From positions 16,244,001-16,308,000 of the forward strand of contig OX442314.1 in the NCBI GenBank assembly GCA_949358305.1: a stretch of 64,000 bases of DNA, in the 5' to 3' direction. Origin of the DNA: Strigamia acuminata. Lineage: Eukaryota. Positions 33,039-44,068 of this stretch are shown in pieces (positions within the stretch are counted from its first letter, which is position 1; every line of letters starts with the position of its first letter). The notes beneath the pieces were generated by a model that was given only the letters and a program-made list of their open reading frames with translations, did not search any database and was not told the origin of the DNA. A program made the translations under genes and the position numbers.

Positions 33039-36000
33039 TTATTTCTTCATTAATAAAGGTGTTTTCTCATTATCTCGTGATTTTTCTCTAATTATATCAA
33101 CATCTTCAAGTGATTGTGGCATGCTTCTATTAAAGGTTTCTGGTAGAAACCAAACCACGGCAGCTGCAATCAACATAAAAGCACCAAATAATGTTTGTGG
33201 AAGGGGTTCCCATACATCATTCTAGAGAAAGAAAAAGAATTATTGTTTTATCAAAACTGCCATCGCATGTATTAAAACTAACCAAGGTGTACAAAATTTG
33301 AGGTGTGATAGTACTGCCTAAACGACTTGCCGTAGTATAAACACCTAGTCCAGTGGATCTGTAAATAATTACACAACATTATTTTATCATCAAATATTTC
33401 TATTAATACTATCAAAATACCTCAAGAAAGTTGGTAATAATTCTGATGCGTATGTGGGGAGCATGCCTCCAAGTGCTTCTGTCAAGTTGCTGCTTACTAA
33501 AGCCATAAATAATGCTAACACTTGTATCGCTTGGTGCCAATTTTTAGAATAAAAAATTAAATTATATCCACCGGCACACAATAAGCCACAAGAAGTAAAC
33601 AGTAGAATGAATATCCTGACACGGCCAAACCTTGAACAAGAACAAAAAAATAAATACATACATTACAACAAATATATCGAGAGTACCAATTAAAAAGGCA
33701 TAAACAAATTGCCAGAATAAATATTTGTAGAATACCATTGGTAAGGTAATTGGTATAAACATTTCCTTTTAATGCCGATATTGAGAAAACTAATCCACCG
33801 GTAACCAAATGGTTTGCAAACCTATGGAAGAAAAGAATTTACTGTATAATTTTATCTTCGTTGGATTTATGTGTAATTTAAAACTACAGCATGTATGTAA
33901 TTGAAAGAGTGATTCTTGTTAGTGAAGAGTGACAAAATAAAATCCGATAATTTTGAATCGATGATCTTGATTGTTTGTTTAGAAATACTTGAGCTTGATC
34001 TTTCAAATCTTCATCTAATGTTTTAGAAATCGGCAGCTTGTTGATTTTAGCAAATTTTTGCAAAATTGTTTTGGCTTTTTCTAATTTGTTTTTGCTTATT
34101 AACCACGTGACTGATTCTGGCAGAAACCTAAATTTATTTAATTGTTACTTATTAGTCAAATTAAAATTAAAAATGAATAAATTGCAATAATTACCAGCTT
34201 GTAACAACACCGATTAGCAAAATTATGCCCTGAATAAAAATTAGCGTTCTCCAATTTCGGAAAAAATACATGAAATACATTTGCACAGGTAGCAAAATAG
34301 TAGAAATAATTAAAGTTATGTAAGATATAATTGTTCTGATCTTTCGCCTGAATAATTCCGATCGATACGTGGTCTCACAAGTTTGAACACCCTTCAATTA
34401 AAATTGTTAGTGCTCCAAACTAAAGTATTCAAATTTTAAATTTTTACTTGCGAGAAAAACCCGGATAGCAATCGGAGTATTAAGAAAGTTGTGAAATCAG
34501 GAGAAAAGGCAAGGCCTGTGGTTACTACGGACAGTAAAGGAAGAACGACAGTCAAGATTCTTTTTCTTCCATACTTATCGGATAAAAAACCAAAAACTAA
34601 ACTGCCTAGCATTATACCAATGTAAGGCACGGTGAGGCCGAGACGAAAGAGATATTCACGGTCACAAACTAAATCAAACTGTATGAAATTGAAGAAAAAT
34701 ACAATTATTAAATGGAAACTAGCCGTTAGCGCTCTATGGCTGTGGACGGTGTAGCAAAATTATAAATTCTTTTTATATATGAGGTTTTGATAGTTAGACA
34801 AATACAGTCAGTTCAAAAAGTTTGGAATAATCCAAATTTTTATGAGCACATCATTGTTTGAAGGCATTTTGGCATTGCTGGGAAGCTCTCACTAAAATAA
34901 ATGAAAATATTCTCAAAAGAGACAAAATTTAGCTCTTGTTTGAGCAAAAAAATGCCCCTGTAGGATGCTTAGTTTTCTAGTAATCTGCTTTTGAATACAA
35001 CACTAGAGTTCAAAAAGTTTGGAATAATGAAAATCATGCCAAAATGCCTTAAAACAATGATGTGCTCATAAAAATTGGATTATTCCAAACTTTTTGAACT
35101 GACTGTAATATGCAAGTTTTTTGTTAGCTATTGAATTACTTTCTTTGTATATTCTAACAGCACTCAAAAAGGACACTCAGTCCTATTGGTCGAACCAGTT
35201 TATTACTCACTCCAGACTGTATTCTACTACTAGGAGAAGTAGTTTAGATTTTTATTTATTTCTGTGATTGTTATGACTACTTTAGTTAATTCAATTCTGA
35301 TTTTTCTTAATACAAAATGTTATTTCCATCATTGAAATGAAGTTTTACGCATATAAAAATGTCAAACTCATGTTTGTTATGTTTATTGGTTACTTTGTCT
35401 GGAATTTTGAATTTTTGGCCATTGCCTAGGCAATCGATTACAATGTCTGTACATTGCTTGCTATTCTGGTGTTTGGCTCTACTTTTTCAGATCACTATAC
35501 CAGCAAACTGGCTCGACCAATAGGACTGAGTGTTCTTTTTGAGTCCTGTTAGAGTATACTTTTACTGTTTTTAGGATGACATACAGTATAGCATGTGTAC
35601 TTATAAAACTTTTATTTGTACTTTGCTAGGCTTCTAGATAATCATATGTATGATAGATAAAACAAAATATTTAAAGTCTCGTGCCAATTACCTCATTCGA
35701 TGGATACACTTCTCCTTGCAGCGTCTCATACACCCAACCATTTGGGCATGGAATTTCTTGTTTACTCTGATTTAATGGGTAAATATATGTTGTACAGGAA
35801 GCTTTAGTTGTGTGTGATGAGACGTAAGAGACATTTGTAGGTGTCTGATAAAAGAACCCAAAGAAAATCGCATTATTAAATTTTGATATGATGAAATAAT
35901 AACAGATATTACAGTACCTTGCAGTAATAATTTGGGACATAGGATGATATAACAGTAAACTGGTGTGACATCATCCATTGGAATGAAATAAAAATAACTA

Positions 36001-36076
36001 TTGAGCCATATAATAATTGACATTTACCAGGGTCGCCGAATTCAGTCAGAAATTCATCTAAATTTTTGAGCCTCAT
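33039..36076 (-). CDS. SLC22-like transporter, copy E
   Basis: MRLKNLDEFLTEFGDPG...NEKTPLLMKK*; paralog of C/D; intron 2 is expanded by two TE insertions. Confidence 0.88.
34805..35105. mobile_element. Tc1-type MITE (301 bp) in intron 2 of copy E
   Basis: TA-cagtcagttcaaaaagtttggaataatcc ... ggattattccaaactttttgaactgactg-TA, TIR ~70 bp. Removing the element and one TA restores gacaaaTAatatgc as in copy D (~31417-31430). Confidence 0.93.
35150..35556. mobile_element. Non-autonomous DNA transposon (407 bp, ~52-bp TIR, TA duplication) in intron 2 of copy E
   Basis: Left end tattctaacagcactcaaaaaggacactcagtcctattggtcgaaccagttt versus reverse complement of the right end tactctaacaggactcaaaaagaacactcagtcctattggtcgagccagttt (4 mismatches). 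Empty site ctttgTActtttact is seen in copies C and D. Confidence 0.88.
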
Positions 36077-36605
36077 TGTCAATTCCGAACACTAAATCAC
36101 TAATGAAAAAGTCATGATACGCTGTGATAATCAGTATGATAAGATTCTTTAATGATGTAATCAAATTGATTTGTTTTTATAAATAGATCTGAATGTTTTT
36201 TGCATATTGGTGGGAATAACTGTTTAAATTATAAATTTAAACATATTTCTAATTGATTCATTATAACCTAAATTAATCGACCATTCCGGAGATAGATCAC
36301 ATAGGAATGATAGAATGCTCCAGCACTTATCTTTCAAGTTTGATGTCTGTGCATTGTATCCAAATTATAACTATTTCCCTCTGGTGTTAGAAATAATACC
36401 AGTCACGTGTTTAGCTATAAAAAATCATTTGCAACCGAAGTTGTGTGTGAGAAAGAGGTATTACGACTCAGAACAATACACTTTGCAGCCCTGTTATCTT
36501 TACGACGGTAGCAACATTAGGGTTAGCAGTTAGGTTGAATGTCCCAAAATGTGCCAAAAATTAATCATTACAGTTCAATGGATCAAAAGTCATTCTAATT
36601 TAAGT

Positions 36606-37250
36606 TTGTGCTAGTTGACACAAGTGTATTGGGCCAGGACATTAATTGTAATATGTCTTCCTCTGTTGGGAAGACATCCATGTTCGTCCTGTATCATGTT
36701 GCTGTTTTCGGATTTTGGAGTTAACTGATTTATTCAATAACAGAGGTAAAATTGCCATGGTGTGCACCATCGCAGCTGTACATTGTTGTGGAATTGTTGT
36801 AGTAAAGAATATACACGAAAAGGGTTATGGTAATACGAAACAAATTGCCTAATGTAAATTGGGCCGGCAGAAATTTATACTGATTCACATCGCTTTTGGC
36901 AGCAATCACAACCTGGATTCGGTGTGGCATGCTGTCTGCCAATCTTTGGCAGGTACTTTGAGTAATTCCATCCTAAATTTTAATGAGAAGTCTGTATAAA
37001 CCATCCGTTGAACGTTGGAACCAAGTATTTAGGTCTGTGGTTGGAACTCGGGTGGTATAAAAAAAACTGGGTTTGTTCACATGTTAATGGGAATAATTTC
37101 GCAAAACGAACGAATTTGTACATCACAGACTGAGCGCGAACCGATTTTATTACGGTAGGCAGTACTAGTATATTGGTGTGGAATATGATGCTAAACTGCA
37201 TTAGTTACAATTATAAATGGCAATACAGTATAATAAAAATTTGTATGAAA
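36606..37250 (-). mobile_element. Spacer block with Tc1-like transposase relic (copy without the MITE)
   Basis: 36875-36980 on the minus strand reads KI*DGITQSTCQRLADSMPHRIQVVIAAKSDVNQY (Tc1 transposase C-terminus); homologous to 28027-29525. An internally deleted copy lies at ~32552-32870. Confidence 0.7.
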
Positions 37251-37383
37251 ACCATATAAAATATGCTAATTTACTGCTACCATGATCATATAAAGAGAAA
37301 ATTATTTCTATCGTGGGTACTGGGTATTGTTTGTTCTAGTGTTTATAGATTTGAACTCGTAATCACCGTGATTAGAAATTTTA

Positions 37384-39704
37384 TTATTTCTTCATTAATA
37401 AAGGTGTTTTCTCATTATCTAGTGATTTTTCTCTAATTGTATCAACATCTTCAAGTGATTGTGGCATGCTTCTATTAAAAGTTTCTGGTAGAAACCAAAC
37501 CACGGCAGCTGCAATCAACATAAACGCACCAAATAATGTTTGTGGAAGGGGTTCCCACACATCATTCTAGAGAAAGAAAAAGAATTATTGTTTTATTAAA
37601 ACTGCCATCGCGTGTATTAAAACTAACCAAGGTGTACAAAATTTGAGGTGTGATAGTACTGCCTAAACGACTTGCCGTAGTATAAACACCTAGTCCAGTG
37701 GATCTGAAAATAATTACTCAACATTATTTTCCCATCAAATAATTATATTAATACCATCGGAATACCTCAAGAATGTTGGTAATAATTCTGATGCATATGT
37801 TGGGAGCATGCCTACAATTGCGGACGTCAAGTTTCTGCTTACTAAAGCCATAAATAATGCTAGCAGTTGAATCGCTTGATGCCAATTTTTAGAATAAAAA
37901 ATTAAATTATATCCACCGGCACACAATAAGCCACAAGAAGTAAACAGTAGAATGAAAATCCTGACACGGCCAAACCTTGAACAAGAACAAAAAAATGAAT
38001 ATATACATTGCAACAAATATATCGAGAGTACCAATTAAAAAGGCATAAACAAATCGCCAGAATAAATATTTGTAGAATACTATTGATAAGGTAATTGGTA
38101 TAAACATTTCCTTCTAATGCCGCTATTGAGAACGATAATCCAGTAATAACCAAATGGTTTGTAAACCTATGGATGAAAAGGATTTACTTGTTATAATTTA
38201 TCTTTGTTGGATTTATGAATAATTTAAATCTACATCATGTATATAATTGAAAGAGTGATTCTTGTTAGTGAAGAGTGACAAAATAAAATCCGATAATTTT
38301 GAATCGATGATTTTGATTGTTTGTTTAGAAATACTTGAGCTTGCTCTTTCAAATCTTCGTCTAAGGTTTCCGAAATGGGCAGCTTGTTGACTTTAGCAAA
38401 CTTTTTTAAAATTGTTTTGGCTTTTTCTAATTTGTTTTTGCTTATTAACCACGTGATTGATTCTGGCAGAAACCTAAATAAATTTAATTGATAATTTTTA
38501 TTTAAACCTAACTTTAAAATGAATAAAATTCAATAATTACCAGCTTGTTACAACACCTGTTAGCAAAACTATGCCCTGAATAAAAAGTAGCGTTCTCCAA
38601 TTTCGGAAAAAATACATCAAATACATTTGCATGGGTAGAGAAATAGTAGAATTAAATAAAATTATGTAAGACATAATTGTTCTGAGCTTTCGCCGGAATA
38701 ATTCCGATCGATATGTGGTCACACCAGCCTGAACACCCTTAAATTATAATTGTTAGTACTCTACAGTGAAGTATTCAAATTTTGAATTTTTACTTGCGAC
38801 AAAAAGCCGGACAGCAATCGGAGTATTAAAAAAGTTGTGTAATCAGGAGCAAAGGCACAGCCTATGGTTACTACGGACAGTAAAGGAAGGACGACAACAA
38901 TGATTCTTTTTCTTCCATACTTATCGGATAAAAAACCAAAAACTAAACTGCCCAGCATTATACCAATGTAAGGCACGGTGAGGCCGAGACGAAAGAGATA
39001 TTCACGGTCACAAACTAAATCAAACTGAATGAAATTGAAGGAAAATAGAATTATTAAATGGGAACTAGCTTTTAGCGATCTATGGCATGGACGGTATAGC
39101 AAAATTATAAATTCATTTTATATACGAGTGTTTGAAAGTTAGATAAATAATACGCAAGTTTGTTAACTATTGCATTACTTTCTTTTTACTTTTACTCTTT
39201 TTGAGTTGACAGACAGTATCCACGTGTACTTAAAAGCTTATCTTTTGTACTTTGCTAGGCTTCTCGATAATACACGTATGATAGATAAAATAAAATATTT
39301 AAAGTCTCGTGCCAATTACCTCATTCGATGGATACACTTCTCCTCGCAGCGTTTCGTACACCCAACCATTTGGGCATGGTATTTCTTGTTTACTCTGATT
39401 TAATGCGTAAAAATATGTTGTACAGGAAGCTTTAGTTGTGTGTGATGAGTCGTAAGAGACATTTGTAGGTGTCTGATAAAAGAACCGAAAGAAAATTGCA
39501 TTATTAAATTTTGGTATGATAGAATAATAATAGATATTACAGTACCTTGCAGTAATAATTTGGGACATAGGATGATATAGTAGTAAACTGCTGTGTAATC
39601 ATCCATTGGAATGAAATAAAAATAACTATGACGCCATACAATAATTGACATTTACCAGGATTGCCGAATTCAGTCAGAAATTCATCTAAGTTTTTATGTC
39701 TCAT
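37384..39704 (-). CDS. SLC22-like transporter, copy F
   Basis: MRHKNLDEFLTEFGNPG...NEKTPLLMKK*; 9 exons, no frame disruption seen. Confidence 0.88.
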
Positions 39705-39819
39705 TGTCAATTCCAAACACTAAATCACTAATGAAAAAGTCATGTACCGGCACGCTGTGATAATCAGTATGATAAGATGCTTTATCATATTCATCAAATT
39801 GACAATTATTATACGGTCT

Positions 39820-40121
39820 GATACTAATTTTTATTATATTGCCATTTATAATTGTAACTAATGCAGTTTAGCATCATATTCCACACAATTATACTGCCAA
39901 ATAAAATCGGCTCTCAGTCTAAGATGCAGAAATTTCATTATTCATACATTTTGTGTCCAGGCCCAATACACTTACGTCAATTTGTGTCACTTGTGTCAAC
40001 ATCAATAATATATCTTTTCATAATGATTATCATATGGTAGCATTTCTGAACTTTTCATTAGTGTTTGGAATTGACAATCAGGCTAAAAAATTTAGATGAA
40101 TTTCTGACTGAATTCGGCGAT
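39820..40121 (+). repeat. Inverted, internally deleted duplicate of an SLC22 upstream block including 5'UTR and start of exon 1
   Basis: 40051-40121 (cttttcattagtgtttggaattgacaatcaggctaaaaaatttagatgaatttctgactgaattcggcgat) is the reverse complement of the C-type 5' end with ATG changed to ATC. 39820-40034 is the reverse complement of pieces of the C-D / E-F spacer. Confidence 0.85.
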
Positions 40122-40583
40122 AAATATGAATTATTATAATTAATGAGGTAATACTACGTGATAAAGGTTTACAACTTAATGAGATACTTCATTGTATTCA
40201 ATTGACTTATATATCCATGTGCTCGATTCTGATTGGTTGGCACAATATGAAAGTTGTTGTCTCTGCCATTACAACCTTATAAATTCAGTAATATATTTAT
40301 CATGTATTACCTTGTCATTGTACGGCTGGCTTCCCAACCATGCACATTGTAAGTTGCCAAGACAATTTCTTGGCAACACTCGTCTTTGTTTCAAAAAAAC
40401 TAGTCAGTCACCTCTTTAAATCCACAAGCAAAGTCGCCTTTATTTTGGTTCTCCAGTTTTACACATTAATGATTGTTTTGAGAATAGAGTCCTTTGGAAT
40501 GCCATGGATTCTACACAGGTGATACGTTTTATCACCTGGCGGTAACGTGAAACAAACATTCAATTCTAACAAATTTATTATTT

Positions 40584-43016
40584 CTATATTAATAAAGGTG
40601 TTTTCTCATCATCTCGTGGTATTTCTCTAATTGTATCAACATCTTCAAGTGATTGCGGCATGCTTCTATTAAACGTTTCTGGTAGAAACCAGACCACGGC
40701 GGCAGCAATCAATACTAATGTACCATATAGTGTTTGTGGAAGGGGTTCCCAAACATGATTCTATCCAAACAAAAATTATTATTATTATATCAAAACTGAC
40801 ACAGCAAAGAAAAAACTGACTAATGTATATAAAATTTGAGGTGAAAGAGTACTGCCGACGCGACTCGCCGTAGCATAAACACCTAGTCCTGTAGATCTGA
40901 GAATAATTACACAATCAAATAAACACAATTCGAATACACGATTGTTTTATCATCAACATCAATTATTTGTAGCAAAATCAATCTAATCTAAATGCTGTAC
41001 CTCAAGAAAGTTGGTAATAATTCTGATGCGTATGTAGGGAGCATGTCTGCAATTGCGGACGTTACGTTTCTGCTTACTAAAGCCATTACTAAGCCTAACA
41101 CTTTTATTGCTTGAGGCCAATTTTTAGAATAAAAAATTAGAATATATCCACCAGCACACAATAAGCCACTAGAAGTAAACAGTAGAATGAATATCCTGAC
41201 ACGGCCAAACCTTGAACAAGAACAAAATAGTGAATAAATATTTATTTAAAAAATATATCGAGAGTACCAATTAAAAAGGCATAAACAAATTGCCAGAATA
41301 AATATTTGTAGAATACCATTGATAAGGTAATTGGTATAAACATTTCCTTCTAATGCCGATATTGAGAACGTTAATCCACTAGTAACCAAATGGTTTATAA
41401 ACCTAGGAAAAAAGGGATTAACCGAGTTCGTTGGATTTACCTAAAATTTAAATCTACATCATGTACGAAATTGAAAGAGTGATTCTTTTTAGTGAAGAGT
41501 GACAAAATAGAATCCGATAATTTTGAATCGATGATCTTGATTGTTTGTTTAGAAATACTTGAGCTTGATCTTTCAAATCTTCATCTAAGGTTTCAGAAAT
41601 GGGCAGCTTGTTGACTTTAGCAAATTTTTTTAAAATTGTTTTGGCTTTTTCTAATTTGTTTTTGCTGATTAACCACGTGACTGATTCTGGCAGAAACCTA
41701 AATTCATTCAGTAGATGATTATTAGTCAAATCTAAATTAAAAATAAATAAAATGGAATAACTACCAGCTTGTTACAATGGCTGTTAACAAAATTATCTCT
41801 TGAATAAACAGGAGTTTTCTCCAGTTTTGAAGAAAATACATCAAATACCATTGCACTGGCAGCATGATTGTAGAATTAAATAAAATTATGTAAGATGTAA
41901 TTGTTCTGATCTTTTGCCGAAATAATTCCGACCGATATGTAGCCGCACTAATCTGAATACCCTTCAATTAAAATTGTTAGTAAAGTAAAGTACATTGTTC
42001 ACATTTTGAACTTTTACTTGCGAAAAAATCCCGGATAGCAATCGGAGTATTAAGAAAGTTGTGTAATCCGGAGAAAAGGCACAACCTATAGTTACTAGAG
42101 ACAGTAAAGGAAGGGCGACAACAATGATTGTTTTTCTTCCATATTTATCGGATAAAAAACCAAAAATTAAACTTCCCCACATTACACCCATGTAAGGCAC
42201 GGTGAGGCCGAGACGAAAGAGATATTCACGGTCACAAACTAAATCAAACTGAATGAAATTGAAGAGAGAAAAAAAAATTATTTCATGAAAACTAAAGTCT
42301 GTAACAAAATTATAAGAACGGCTAATTTTTTTTTTTATAATTTAATTTTTGTAAAACATGGGGGTATTTGTTTTTATGCACACATAAATAAGGTCGAAAC
42401 AAAGTTACACAACAAATTTTTCAACTATTTAACAATTAGTTTTCCTATTTTGTGTTTTCGTGTTTGCTTTTTAATTACTCCGTACTTTCTTTGTACTTTT
42501 TACTCTTTTTGAGGTGCAAAGGTAAAAAGTTATACTGCACATGTATTTATAACTTATCTTTTGTACTTTATTAGACTTCCAGATAATCATACGTATGGTA
42601 GATAAAAATTTTATTGTATCATGCCAATTACCTCATTTGATGGATACACCTCTCCGCGCAGCGTCTCGTACACCCAACCATTTGGGCATGGTATTTCTTG
42701 TTTACTCTGATTTAACGGGTAAAAATAAGTTTTACATGAATCCTTAGTTACGTGTGATGAGTCGTAAGAGACATTCGCAGGTGTCTGTTATAAGAACCCA
42801 AAGACAAGCGTATCACTAAATTTTATTTTGATAAAATAGTGACAGATATTACAGTACCTTGCAGTAATGGTTTGGAACGTACGATGATATAGTAGTAAAC
42901 TGCTGTGTAATCATCCATTGGAATGAAATAAAAATAACTATGACGCCATACAATAATTGACATTTACCAGGATCGCCGAATTCAGTCAGAAATTCATCTA
43001 AGTTTTTATGTCTCAT
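40584..43016 (-). CDS. SLC22-like transporter, copy G
   Basis: MRHKNLDEFLTEFGDPG...DEKTPLLI*; 9 exons with conserved motifs. Confidence 0.87.
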
Positions 43017-43132
43017 TGTCAATTCCAAACACTAAATCACTAATGAAAAAGTCATGTACCGGCACGCTGTGATAATCAGTATGATAAGATGCTTTATCAT
43101 ATTCATCAAATTGACAATTATTATACGGTCTG

Positions 43133-43452
43133 ATACTAATTTTTATTATATTGCCATTTATAATTGTAACTAATGCAGTTTAGCATCATATTCCACACAA
43201 TTATACTGCCAAATAAAATCGGCTCTCAGTTTGAGATGCAGAAATTCCATTATTCGTACATTTTGTGAAATTATTCCCATTAACATGCATAACAAACCTT
43301 GTTTTTTTTTCTTCACCCGAGTTTACGCAGACTTCTGATTAAAATTTGGGATGGAACTAATTTACTCAGGGTATTTGGAAGGAATGGCAAAAAGCATGCC
43401 ACACCGAATCCAGGTTGTGATTGCTGCCAAAGACTATGTGACTCGGTATTAT
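43133..43452 (+). mobile_element. Tc1-like transposase relic in the opposite orientation
   Basis: Plus strand ~43363-43452 reads YSGYLEGMAKSMPHRIQVVIAAKDYVTRYY; flanking DNA is the reverse complement of ~36870-37245. Confidence 0.7.
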
Positions 43453-43489
43453 ACTGTATATATTTATCACGTATTACCTCGTCATTATA

Positions 43490-43814
43490 CCGGGTGGCCC
43501 ACATAAAACAGGTCCGACAATACAAGGAGGGTTACGAAGGTTGTTTCAAAAAAATGTATACACGCACAAAATTAAATATACATAAATCATTAGCTGTGGG
43601 CAGAGTTGTTTAATTAACGTTTCTAGTGCAGTTTTTTCCGCTCTTTTGTTTGGTGTTTAGTTTTTGATGATCCGAGCTTTTGTTCTCGAGATATTTGCGA
43701 TTTTAATCAATCATTGTCCGAATTCGTCAAGTTTGATTGCACTAGCCATTCCTTTTGAGTCACCCTTCGTAACCCTCCTTGTATTGTCGGGCCGGTTTTA
43801 TGTGGGCCACCCGG
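43490..43814. mobile_element. Deleted derivative (325 bp) of the same MITE family as 28224-29103
   Basis: TA-ccgggtggcccacataaaa ... ttttatgtgggccacccgg-TA. The empty site gtcattgTAcggctggcttccc is at ~40314-40335. Confidence 0.92.
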
Positions 43815-44068
43815 TATGTCTGGCTTCCCAACCATGCACTGTAAGTTGCCAAGGCAATTTCTTGGCAACACTCTTATTTGTTTCAATAAAACTAGTCAGT
43901 CGACTCTTTAAATCCACAAACAAAGTCGCCTTTATTTTGGCTCTCCAGTTTTACAATTGATAATTGGTTTGAGAGTAGAATCCTTTTGAATGCCATGGAT
44001 TCTACACAGGTGATACATTTTATCACCTGGCGGTAACGTGAAACAAACATTCGATCCTAACAAATTTA

